Source: a virus
Taxonomy: Duplodnaviria; Caudoviricetes
Length of the DNA stretch: 64,000 nt
Reading direction: 5' to 3' (one strand)
IMG/VR virus record: IMGVR_UViG_3300035660_000007
Span: 841 to 64,840 of that record
Part shown: piece after piece, positions 48,101 to 55,911 of the stretch
Position numbering within the stretch: position 1 is the stretch's first letter
Layout of the letters: each line of letters begins with the position of its first letter
The notes under the pieces: model-generated
Databases searched by the model: none
The model's input: the letters and a program-made list of their open reading frames with translations, nothing else
What the model was told of the DNA's origin: nothing
Program-made: the position numbers and the translations under genes

Positions 48101-48463
48101 AACCGGCACTACTTCGGCAACGCGCAAGAGGCATCGATCTATTATGCCAGCGCGAGTGGCAAGCTGGTAATTTTCGCCGCGACTGCCTTGGTATATAACC
48201 TGGAAATCACCGATACATGCAACGTTGTGCTCGGCACGACGATCGGCACGAAGATAGGGACGGGAACCACGCAGAAACTAGGGTTCTGGAACCAGCCGCC
48301 GGTTGTGCAACCACTCCATGTCGCGGATGCGGTAGCAGGGGGCGTGAGCGGGGGAGATTTAGTGAGCCAGAGCGCAATAGAATCGAACTTTAGCAATGTG
48401 ACAGATGCAATAAACACTTTGCTCAGCAGGCTTGAGAGCATCGGGATACTAGCGACCAGTTAG
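45140..48463 (+). CDS. Large tail fibre / receptor-binding protein
   Basis: Two related N-terminal beta domains, PNMTVRV...RRDLL...DDARP module, G..L/I...W..L.(H/N)PG fibre repeats, C-terminal QKLGFW...INTLLSRLESIGIL. Confidence 0.8.
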   Translation: MSVGEILGAGALKRRADRQDRYRRESFPGYVQAISYRTGPSNAGVGSDYSLVVGGGNMLAIRVNITENAMGLMWAQLRIKTDGGGATGRLRIVMWPDMAGWNWKASALEHYPVFVDIDDPTLQSDWFEAGRLTAAYQAVTFRCRRGIPLPPAASNGCVWIVVDARLVVGNVWLDSVAAGTKQIATSADAGTTWATADGRAIWFESWYSDHGGTLDVALPSSWQRLDYNHTATGWVTLSAAAGRLAALRFTAPAGSPEIWQAHARMGSDATGATGAIGLEIWDDDAGEPGQRLASFNQVAAGRLRDIALCGGDRIVFAIPQGVALTPAADYWLVMNIQDTTGAVRLAAENLGWPTSASMDSTDDGDNWSGGVWRPWFEAYQVQPVEDVPDASGQSHLPGGEVALGRLGGSHFEHSVAGPVAGSYAYLGSQPAGEPENPTEGGSVLPDNLLADPQTVPNMTVRVRSGTFYLGRGRHWATTQNSPAFTPPMAGTRRDLLSIDEAGALSITQGPGGMTAPTYPLDELPICLVTLVAGQTEIIAQDIDDARPMVPERRGVSASNPQPVGLTAAPGATGYASDADHVHTLAVAAIGGVSQGAIIYGHDPGGGAEWTVLPHPGDPNRFLASTATEVGWRLLAASDLPAHGAAYHTGNVLPGANQDLGAYYMDVAQIAAPANPAAGTRRLFTDQATGELSVRTNAGTTVSLEAGATGIAHAILSLTHTDTTAAAVVRGDLMTGQVAAPNTKWTRLAHPGAGRLLTTPNANDVAWGLTAVRGSILVGNATPIWSLLANPGAVGSVLISGATDPSWSTTAQLARLGLGAAADASIPLTLLRANASQIQLLSASGQAASLMAYGTYGSLQMLANNYYTGAAYTAYDAASPMWAMVLNTSAAVDKFLLYRAPAGATATWTNVFAVGATGGVGVLLGLQIGTITPPTVAGLGVGTAPLGAGQGAFSSHVTLAGNLLSTAVGGTNLGSTTYELGHIYQAQDNRHYFGNAQEASIYYASASGKLVIFAATALVYNLEITDTCNVVLGTTIGTKIGTGTTQKLGFWNQPPVVQPLHVADAVAGGVSGGDLVSQSAIESNFSNVTDAINTLLSRLESIGILATS

Positions 48464-48472
48464 GAGGCGAGA

Positions 48473-48745
48473 ATGGCAGCAACACCTGAACAGAAACTGA
48501 CCGCCCTGCGCAGGGCCCTCGCGGCCGTGGAGCAACCGCTGCAGGCGGCTTTCGGGTTCATCGAAGCGGGGCAACTCTTCCTGCGCACGGATCGGCTGCC
48601 CCTGGACGCTGCCGAGAAGGGGACGGCGGCGATAACCGGTTGGGCCGAGATCCGACAGGGTATCCTCGCGGCGGCGGAGAAGCTGCCGCAGGAGGACCTG
48701 GCGCGGTGGGACCCCAAACCGGAGGAGGGCCCACCGGAACCATAA
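48473..48745 (+). CDS. Hypothetical protein, possible fibre chaperone
   Basis: GGAGG RBS; follows the fibre gene. Confidence 0.55.
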   Translation: MAATPEQKLTALRRALAAVEQPLQAAFGFIEAGQLFLRTDRLPLDAAEKGTAAITGWAEIRQGILAAAEKLPQEDLARWDPKPEEGPPEP

Positions 48746-48773
48746 AGCGAGGCCGTTTTAGGAGGAGGCAGGC

Positions 48774-49268
48774 ATGTCACGGCGAATCACGGACATCATA
48801 ATCCACCATTCGGCTGGCAACTGGGGGGACTTCGCGGCCATCGACGAGTGGCACAGCCAGCGCGGCTGGGCGGTGAAGCTGCCCGGGGGTCGGGTGGTGC
48901 ACTGCGGATACCATCTGCTGGTGCTGAACGGGTTCCGCACCTACGCGGCCTGGGCCGCGAACCGGCGGGCGCGGCGGTTCGACGGGTGGCTGCAGCCCGG
49001 GCGGCCCTACGAGGTGGTGGGCGCGCATTGCGCCGGCCACAACGCCCGCAGCATCGGGATCTGCCTGATCGGCAACCTCGACCTCCACCCCGCGACGACG
49101 CGCCAGTGGGCGGCGCTGGTGGATGCGTGCGCCCGACTCTGCCGGCGCTACGGCCTCCGCTCGGCGAACATCCACGGCCACCGGGAGTACGCGGCGAAGA
49201 CCTGCCCGGGCAGGAAGGTCTCGATCACGAACCTGCGGCGCGAGGTCGCGGCGGCGCTTGCAGGATAA
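48774..49268 (+). CDS. N-acetylmuramoyl-L-alanine amidase (Amidase_2 / T7-lysozyme-like endolysin)
   Basis: IIIHHSA...GYH...GAHCAGHNARSIGICLIGN...GHREYAAKTCPG. Confidence 0.95.
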   Translation: MSRRITDIIIHHSAGNWGDFAAIDEWHSQRGWAVKLPGGRVVHCGYHLLVLNGFRTYAAWAANRRARRFDGWLQPGRPYEVVGAHCAGHNARSIGICLIGNLDLHPATTRQWAALVDACARLCRRYGLRSANIHGHREYAAKTCPGRKVSITNLRREVAAALAG

Positions 49269-49307
49269 TCGGGGGGCCGCGCGGAAGACCGGCGCGGAGG
49301 TATAGCG

Positions 49308-49853
49308 ATGCCGAAGAAACGGAAGCCGAACGGTGCACCGCCCGCCGAGCCACCCGCCGACCCCGAAATGATGCTGGCGTTGAAGGGCCTGGATGAGATG
49401 GTTCTCAACTTCGACGGCAGCGAGCTCGCCGCTCGCCCCGTGGCGGAGACGCCCGTCGAGTGCTACCTGCGCATCCGAGCGTGGGCACAGCAGTTCGAGG
49501 CGCGGGAGGGCAGGGAGCCGACGAGGGCGGAGATCGAGGCATGGCCGCGCGCCAACGGCGCGTTCAGGCCGCTGACCGTCGGGCGCGTAGCCCTGCAGCT
49601 GCTCGAGGCCATGGGCGGCAGCGGGTGGGAGGATGCGCAGCTCATCACAAACCTGGGCAACAGGATCGCGCAGGCCGTCCGCCCGGGCGGAACCGGCCGC
49701 ATCCAGGTCAGCCCCGACGAGCTCCTGATGCTGCGCGCCGCCGGGGCGCGGAACGCGAAGAACATATCGGAGGGCCGACCGGGCCTGCTGGACTTCGTGA
49801 TGGGGCGGTTCTGGGACGTGATCGGGCCGCCGCGAAAGAAGGAGACGGAATAA
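49308..49853 (+). CDS. Hypothetical protein
   Basis: GGAGG RBS; in operon. Confidence 0.6.
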   Translation: MPKKRKPNGAPPAEPPADPEMMLALKGLDEMVLNFDGSELAARPVAETPVECYLRIRAWAQQFEAREGREPTRAEIEAWPRANGAFRPLTVGRVALQLLEAMGGSGWEDAQLITNLGNRIAQAVRPGGTGRIQVSPDELLMLRAAGARNAKNISEGRPGLLDFVMGRFWDVIGPPRKKETE

Positions 49854-49875
49854 CCGGCGGCGAAGGGACGCGCTG

Positions 49876-50031
49876 ATGATGGAAGGATTCGCCATTTCGA
49901 TCCCGCTGGCCGCTGCGATGATACTGGCGGCATGGATGCTGCGCGCGCCCCGCACGCGCCTGTCGGATACCCAGGACGCGGCCCCGCCGGAGCCGGAGAA
50001 GCGCGACAAGTGGCGGCTGGTGGAGGTGTGA
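49876..50031 (+). CDS. 51-aa single-TM peptide
   Basis: MMEGFAISIPLAAAMILAAWML...; fills the gap. Confidence 0.45.
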   Translation: MMEGFAISIPLAAAMILAAWMLRAPRTRLSDTQDAAPPEPEKRDKWRLVEV

Positions 50032-50032
50032 A

Positions 50033-51250
50033 ATGACCACGCCCAATTCGGCGACGCAGCAGTTCCTGCTGGGCCTCGCCGCGGCCAACCAGCCCGTAAC
50101 GCTAAGCGCCGACATCGACTGGCCCTGGGTTATGGCTCAGGCCCCCTACCTCTACGTCGACGGCATACTGGCCGTGCGCTGTGCGAGGGGCGAACTGGCT
50201 GGCGTCCCCGACTGGGTCCGCATGGACTGCGCGAAGACGCCCACCGTATGGAACGAGCATATGCGGGACTGGGATGGGATCGCCGCCGCGGCGATTGCGG
50301 CGCTCGACGAGTCGGGGCTGCCGTACGTCGTGCTCGGCTACCCGTTCGAGTATAGGACATTCAGGCCGGAATGCCACATGCGCCCGGCCACCGACCTCGA
50401 CGTGGCGGTGGATGCGCCGATCAAGCAGGTGGTGGAGGCGCTGGCCCCGCACGGATTTACCGCAGGGCTGGTCAGGAAGAACGGCCAACGGCAGGTCCTA
50501 ACTCTCGGCGAGGCCCTCAAGCGGCCCGTGCATATGCTCCACGAAAGCCGTCTGCTGCTCCACCGCGGGCGACCGTGCCTCGAGGTGTACTGCGCGCCCT
50601 GCCGTGCGCTCGGCGTACCCACCGCGTGGTTGGTCGAGGGGCGCGTGCGCGAGACATGCAGCGGGCTGTCCGCCTGGATCCCCGGCCCGGCCCGCGAGTT
50701 CTTCTCGTCCTCCTGGAGGGCCGGGCAGATCGTCGAGGGCGGCAGGACGCCCTTCTACATCTTCGGGTGCCTGCGGAACATCGCGCAGACCATTCCATGC
50801 GCATCTGCCGACGTCCAGGATGCGATCCTGGAGGCCGTGGGGACTGCATGGGCATCCGTGGCGGACGACCGGTGGATGAACGGCCTGTGGCGCGGCCACT
50901 GGTCGAGCGCGCGGAACATCCAGGTGATCTGGGCGTGGTTGGGCGAAGCCTACGTGGAACTGGAGGGATTGGGCGCGGAATTCCGCGGGATGCTTGATGC
51001 CGCCCTGCCCGCTCACTGCGGCCCGTTCCTCTCGGACTCGGGGGGCGCGCCCAACTGCAACCTCCTGTCCACCATCGTCTCGCCTCCGCCCTGGCAGGAG
51101 GCCGTCTTCGACCTGCATACGCTCCAGGATTGGGTCGCGCGCGGATATGCGGACGCGCCCGTGCTGCACCAGGGCGGCTGGGAGGTCGTGCGGGACCAGT
51201 TGCCGCCCGGTCTGCAGCCGGAGAAGGCGATCACGGCGGAGCAGACATGA
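50033..51250 (+). CDS. Nucleotidyltransferase-superfamily protein (NTP_transf_5-like)
   Basis: ALDESGLPYVVLG...RPATDLDVAV...EALAPHGF. Confidence 0.7.
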   Translation: MTTPNSATQQFLLGLAAANQPVTLSADIDWPWVMAQAPYLYVDGILAVRCARGELAGVPDWVRMDCAKTPTVWNEHMRDWDGIAAAAIAALDESGLPYVVLGYPFEYRTFRPECHMRPATDLDVAVDAPIKQVVEALAPHGFTAGLVRKNGQRQVLTLGEALKRPVHMLHESRLLLHRGRPCLEVYCAPCRALGVPTAWLVEGRVRETCSGLSAWIPGPAREFFSSSWRAGQIVEGGRTPFYIFGCLRNIAQTIPCASADVQDAILEAVGTAWASVADDRWMNGLWRGHWSSARNIQVIWAWLGEAYVELEGLGAEFRGMLDAALPAHCGPFLSDSGGAPNCNLLSTIVSPPPWQEAVFDLHTLQDWVARGYADAPVLHQGGWEVVRDQLPPGLQPEKAITAEQT

Positions 51251-52404
51251 TCTCGCTGGTGACATGGACGCTGAACGAGGCCGCGACGCTGCCGCGCATG
51301 GTCGAGTCGTTCGCGGGTCTCTACGACGACCTGGTCGTGCTGGACAGCGGGAGCGGCGACGGGACGCAGGACGTGGCGCGGGGCCTCGGGGCCAAGGTGT
51401 TCGATTACGCGGACCCCGAGCACCGCTGCCCCTGCCACCCCGTTATGGACTGGGCGAGGATGCAGAACGAGGCGGCGGCGCACGCGGCGGGCCCGGTCGT
51501 GATGGCCCTGGATGCGGACCTGCTGCTGACGGGCGAGGATGGCCGACCGCTGGCGCCGAGCGAACGCAACGTGCTACGGCAGCGGCTCGAGGCATGCGCG
51601 GAGGCACCGCACGGTCGAGGGACGCTCGCCATCACCGTCCTCGACCACTATCCCGACTTCGACACCAGCGCCCCTCCCATCTGCGACCGCCGCGCGGTGC
51701 TGGCATATCGCCCCGCGGACGACGGCACGTGGCAGGGGCGCGCGCGGCCCGTTCTTTCGGATGGGTCGCGTTGGCAGCATACGGACCCCTGGCCCTATGC
51801 TGCGCTGCACCACCATCTGCACCGGGGAGACGAGGCGGGGCGGGGGCGGGCGCGCCGCGAATATCTGCTGGCCCTTGCCTGCTACGGCGGCACGGCCGGC
51901 GAACTCGAGTGGAACATGCTGCACTGGCCAGCCGACGACATGATCTACGCCGCGCCCTACCAGCAAGCGCGCGTCGCGGCCCTCGTTGCGATGTGCAATG
52001 GGTCGGTGCTGGAGGTAGGGTGCGGCACGGGCTACATCGCGCGCCGCATCGTCCAGGCGGGCCACGCCGTCACGGGGCTGGATGCCAGCCTGATCGCCGT
52101 CGAGCGAGCGCGCATAGCCGGGGTCGAGGCCGTCGAGGGCTGGGCCGAGAACATCCCGTTCGATGACCATTCATTCGACACCGTACTGCTGGCCGACGTA
52201 CTGGAGCACCTGGTGGACCCCGGCAGGGCGCTGTCGGAGGCCTGCCGGGTCGCGCGCGCGCTGGTGCTGGCGAGCCTCCCGACCTTCCCCCCGCACGCCG
52301 CCGACCCCATGCACCGGTGGATCGCCGACTCATTCGTCATCACGGGCGCGCAGGTGCATCCCGTCGGCGAGTTCGTGCTGCTGGCACTGAGGCCCAAGCC
52401 ATGA
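51247..52404 (+). CDS. GT2-like glycosyltransferase fused to a SAM methyltransferase
   Basis: ISLVTWTLNEA...LDSGSGDGT...ALDAD; C-terminal VLEVGCGTG...AENIPF...DVLEHL. Confidence 0.9.
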   Translation: MISLVTWTLNEAATLPRMVESFAGLYDDLVVLDSGSGDGTQDVARGLGAKVFDYADPEHRCPCHPVMDWARMQNEAAAHAAGPVVMALDADLLLTGEDGRPLAPSERNVLRQRLEACAEAPHGRGTLAITVLDHYPDFDTSAPPICDRRAVLAYRPADDGTWQGRARPVLSDGSRWQHTDPWPYAALHHHLHRGDEAGRGRARREYLLALACYGGTAGELEWNMLHWPADDMIYAAPYQQARVAALVAMCNGSVLEVGCGTGYIARRIVQAGHAVTGLDASLIAVERARIAGVEAVEGWAENIPFDDHSFDTVLLADVLEHLVDPGRALSEACRVARALVLASLPTFPPHAADPMHRWIADSFVITGAQVHPVGEFVLLALRPKP

Positions 52405-53342
52405 TCGAACGCCGCACTGACCTGACCGTGGCGACGTTCGGCATCGGACGGTGGCCCGGCAACAAAGAATTGGCGCTGGCCTTCCTCGCAGACCTGCGAC
52501 TGGTCGGCGACGAGGTCGCGTACTTCGGCGTGGGCGACGAGGACGGGGCGGTCGAGGCGGTCCGGGAGGCGGGCGGCCACGCATGGGCCTTCGACTGGTA
52601 CCCCATCCCCCACTTCTACTGCCAGCAGATGATCGAGGCGGTCGAGACGCTGCCGCCGACGAACGTGCTGTACCTGGATTTGTGGGAGAGGCCGTCGCGC
52701 GGCCTGGCGGAGGAGATGCCGCGCCTCGTGGCGTCCGCCTCCCCTTACCGCCTGATCCCCCGCCTGTGGTATCAGGCGGATGGGGAGTTCATGGGCGTCT
52801 GCGGCGCGGCCCTGCGGATGTGGCGGCGCGGCAGCGTCTGGCACACCGGCAGGTTCGGGGCGGGGATAGAGCCGCGCGACCGCGCCGAATGGGACCTGGC
52901 CGCGACCGCGTGGCACCCGATCATCGGCTACCAGCCGACCGACCACGCTCACCTCGCGCAGTATCCGAGGGTTCGATTTGCCAAGTGCGTCCACGACATG
53001 CGCGCGCGCCGCACCGACCTCGCCAACATCCGGCACCTGCAGGGCGTCTACCCGCAGGTCTTCACGCCCGACGTGGTGCGGTGGATCGTGGACGTGCCGT
53101 ACGCGGACGAGGCGCTCCTGGTGCCCGGGACGCCGGAGCACGAGCGAATGCTACGCATCGTGCTGGCCGACCCGGACCCTGATGATGCCGTGCCGGAGGA
53201 CTGGCGCGACATCGTGGAGCAGGTGAAGGGTGGCGCGTTCGCCTTCGACTACCCGCGGCCGCCGGAGGGATGGACGCCGTGGCCGGCGGCGCTCGAGCAT
53301 CTCATCTACCGGGGCGCACTGCGCGAGGGAGGGAGCGCGTGA
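52401..53342 (+). CDS. Divergent GT-A-like hypothetical protein
   Basis: DGAVEAVREAGG...VLYLDLWER resemble GT2 segments; coupled between two GTs. Confidence 0.45.
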   Translation: MIERRTDLTVATFGIGRWPGNKELALAFLADLRLVGDEVAYFGVGDEDGAVEAVREAGGHAWAFDWYPIPHFYCQQMIEAVETLPPTNVLYLDLWERPSRGLAEEMPRLVASASPYRLIPRLWYQADGEFMGVCGAALRMWRRGSVWHTGRFGAGIEPRDRAEWDLAATAWHPIIGYQPTDHAHLAQYPRVRFAKCVHDMRARRTDLANIRHLQGVYPQVFTPDVVRWIVDVPYADEALLVPGTPEHERMLRIVLADPDPDDAVPEDWRDIVEQVKGGAFAFDYPRPPEGWTPWPAALEHLIYRGALREGGSA

Positions 53343-54577
53343 CCGATCGCCCCGAGCTGTTGTTCCGCGGCCTAATCGAGGGGCCGGCCGGCTACGACCG
53401 CCTGAACCGGCGCCTGCTCGAGGGGCTGCACCTCGCGGGCGTGCGCGTCCGCCTCTGGCCCGACCGGCAGCCGGTCGAGAACAGGATCGCGCTGGAGGCG
53501 GCGGATCGCCGACTCATAGATTCATGCCTGCACACTAAGGTCAGCGACCGCGCGCCCTTCCTGCACTCGACGATCGCCCACGGCTTCTACGCGGACGTGG
53601 CACGCTACCGCATCGGCCTGACGATGTGGGAGGCGCACGACACTATCCCGCCGGAGTTCGCCGAGCGCTGCAACCGCATGCACGAGATCTGGGTACCGTC
53701 CGAGCAGTGCCAGCGGACCTTCGCGGAAGGCGGGGTCAAGGTGCCGATCCTCCGCATGCCGCTGGGCGTGGACCTGGAGCAGTTCAACCCGAACGTCGAA
53801 CCCGTCTGGAATATCCTGGCCGGCACCAGGGGGTTCAGGGCGCTGTGCGTGGTCGGGCACAGCCACCGCAAGGGGTTCGCGGAGCTGCTGCGCGCCTGGT
53901 ATACGGCCTTCGACGGGTCGGACGACGCCACCCTGATCTACAAGGGTTACTTCGCTGGCAGTGCGTCGCGGTCAGCGCAGGCGCGGGTGATGTCGGACCT
54001 GCGGGCGGTCAAGGCCGAATTCGACCCCGGCCCGAACGGCCACGCCCACGTCGTGGCGCTGCCGGAGCTGCTGGACGAGGCCGACATGCCCGGCCTCTAC
54101 GCCTCCTGCGATCTCTTCGCGCTGATGACGCTGGGCGAGGGATTCTGCCTGCCGGCCCTGGAGGCGGCGGCCTGCGGGCGGCCCAGCCTGATTACGGCCG
54201 CCGGGGGCCATATGGACTATCTGCGGGACGATGCGGACCGCCCGGACGAGGCCAACGCCTTCCTGGTGCCGCCGCGGGGATGGGAGGCCGCCAGGGACGA
54301 CGTGGTGGACGCCTGCCATCTCTACAAGGGCCTGCGGTTCCCCATCATAGACGTGGCGCGTGCCGCGGCGACGTTGCGGTCGTGCTACGAGAACCGCGAC
54401 GAGGTGCTGCGGCGCGGGCGGCGGGCCCGCCGGACGGTGGAGGAGATGGGCTTGACCTGGCGGGCGCTGGGCGCGCGGGCGGCTGCCCGCGTCGCGGACG
54501 TGAACGCAGGGTTGCTGCTCGCCGGGGCCGCCACGCGCATCGAGCGCATGGCACTCACGAAAGAGCAGCTCCCATGA
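53339..54577 (+). CDS. GT4-family glycosyltransferase
   Basis: GLTMWE...EIWVPS...HRKG...LYASCDLF...GEGFCLPALEAAACG. Confidence 0.92.
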   Translation: MTDRPELLFRGLIEGPAGYDRLNRRLLEGLHLAGVRVRLWPDRQPVENRIALEAADRRLIDSCLHTKVSDRAPFLHSTIAHGFYADVARYRIGLTMWEAHDTIPPEFAERCNRMHEIWVPSEQCQRTFAEGGVKVPILRMPLGVDLEQFNPNVEPVWNILAGTRGFRALCVVGHSHRKGFAELLRAWYTAFDGSDDATLIYKGYFAGSASRSAQARVMSDLRAVKAEFDPGPNGHAHVVALPELLDEADMPGLYASCDLFALMTLGEGFCLPALEAAACGRPSLITAAGGHMDYLRDDADRPDEANAFLVPPRGWEAARDDVVDACHLYKGLRFPIIDVARAAATLRSCYENRDEVLRRGRRARRTVEEMGLTWRALGARAAARVADVNAGLLLAGAATRIERMALTKEQLP

Positions 54578-55065
54578 ACGAAAGCGGGTGCACCGTCCGC
54601 GGGCTGGTCGCGCGCTTGGCCGCGAAGCGGCCGCGGATGCGCCTACGCGCGCGTCCCGGCCCCCCGCTCTCGCCCGACGTCCCTTTCGCGGCGGTACTGC
54701 GCCTCATGGGGTCGGAGTTCCGCCCGATTGCCATGCGGCTCGAGCCGCATATGCTCCACACGGACGACCTCGCGCAGGTCGGGGCCGTCGAACTCCTGGA
54801 GGCCTACCCGGACGCCCGCCTGCCGCTGGATTGGGTACCCCCGGCGGACTGGCTCGACCTCGGGCCGCTCCTGCCCGTCAAGCCGTACCTGCGGAGCCGC
54901 GTGACGGGGGCGATGCGGCAGTATCTGCGCGACAAGGCGTTCCTGATCCGGTCGCCGGAGGAGATGCACGCCCCGCGGCCCGACTGCAGGGTCTTCACCG
55001 ATGTGCCGCCGGGGGACCTGCGGGAGGCAGGCGTGGACTGGTTCGGCGGCGAGCCAGACACCTAA
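54574..55065 (+). CDS. Protein with only a sigma70 region-2-like domain
   Basis: DDLAQVGAVELLEAY...PYLRSRVTGAMRQYLRDKAFLIRSP resembles regions 2.2-2.4 of FliA/SigB-type factors; ends about 30 aa later. Confidence 0.7.
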   Translation: MNESGCTVRGLVARLAAKRPRMRLRARPGPPLSPDVPFAAVLRLMGSEFRPIAMRLEPHMLHTDDLAQVGAVELLEAYPDARLPLDWVPPADWLDLGPLLPVKPYLRSRVTGAMRQYLRDKAFLIRSPEEMHAPRPDCRVFTDVPPGDLREAGVDWFGGEPDT

Positions 55066-55082
55066 CCTGGAATAGACCTGCG
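55066..55082 (+). promoter_or_regulatory. Late-promoter motif, variant CCTGGAATAGACCTGCG
   Basis: 12/13 match to the core; upstream of the holin-like gene. Confidence 0.7.
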
Positions 55083-55110
55083 GCCCCGCGCGGGCCGGAG
55101 GAGGTGCGCA

Positions 55111-55401
55111 ATGGATCTCAACGCCGTTCAGGCTTCCGCCATGGTCGGATACGCCGCGGCCGCCAACCTCCTGACCTACCTGGTCAGGCTGGGCTGGAGG
55201 GCCAGCGGGACGACCGCCAAGGTCCTGGCCTTCGCCCTGACCGTGGCGTGCGTGCTGGTCGGGATGTGGCAGCAGCACGTCGCCTTCACCGTAACGAACG
55301 CCGTCCCGATCATGTCGGGCGCGCTGATCCTCGGCCAGACCCTGTTCTACAAGTTCATAGGGCTGGACGGGCTGAAGACGGCCGGGGACGCCCCGGAATA
55401 G
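55111..55401 (+). CDS. Holin-like three-TM protein
   Basis: 96 aa, three hydrophobic segments, GGAGGAGG RBS. Confidence 0.65.
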   Translation: MDLNAVQASAMVGYAAAANLLTYLVRLGWRASGTTAKVLAFALTVACVLVGMWQQHVAFTVTNAVPIMSGALILGQTLFYKFIGLDGLKTAGDAPE

Positions 55402-55412
55402 AGGATGCCCAA

Positions 55413-55461
55413 GGCGGCGGGCCGCCTACCCCCTGGATTGCCCTTCCAGCGGCCCGCCGCC
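55413..55461 (+). terminator. Strong GC hairpin without a U-tract
   Basis: GGCGGCGGGCCG / CGGCCCGCCGCC 12-bp perfect arms plus CTGGA/TCCAG. Confidence 0.45.
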
Positions 55462-55495
55462 CCCGCACGGGGCCGAATCGCAAGGAGGAGGAGAG

Positions 55496-55780
55496 ATGAA
55501 CCTGAACCTGTTCTCGCTGCTGGCGCAGATAGCCAAGCTGGGCGCGGCCGTGCAGGCGGCGAAGCCGTGGCTGGAGGCCCTCGACCGGAACGACTACGAG
55601 GCGGCCGCCAGCATAGCCGAGTCCCACGCCGACATCCAGAAGGCGATGGCCGACGCGCTGGTCGGCCTGCCGGATGACCTGCGGCCGCTCGCCGAGGCCC
55701 ACAAGCACGAGATGCTGGTGTGGGCCATGTACGTCGTGGACCGCATCGTGCCCGAGACGGAGATCCTGAAGGTCATGTAG
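55496..55780 (+). CDS. Hypothetical helical protein
   Basis: AAGGAGGAGG RBS. Confidence 0.7.
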   Translation: MNLNLFSLLAQIAKLGAAVQAAKPWLEALDRNDYEAAASIAESHADIQKAMADALVGLPDDLRPLAEAHKHEMLVWAMYVVDRIVPETEILKVM

Positions 55781-55790
55781 GCGGGCCGCC

Positions 55791-55850
55791 TTTCGCGCCA
55801 GGATGGTCCAGGCTGGGCCGTTCGGGCGCGGGCGGGGAATCAGTCGGCCG
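55791..55850 (+). repeat. Dispersed non-coding element, copy C
   Basis: Matches copies A and B; lies between convergent operons. Confidence 0.8.
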
Positions 55851-55887
55851 GGGCGCTTCGCGCGCGCTACGGCCAGCGCAGCGGGCA

Positions 55888-55909
55888 GCGCGGCCAGTCC
55901 TGGCCGCGT
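55888..55909. terminator. Hairpin at the convergence of the two operons
   Basis: GCGCGGCCA-gtcc-TGGCCGCGT. Confidence 0.45.
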
Positions 55910-55911
55910 CT

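Noticed and set aside
45140-48463. Diversity-generating retroelement targeting the fibre
   Set aside because: No reverse transcriptase and no TR/VR repeat pair with adenine-specific mismatches seen in the window
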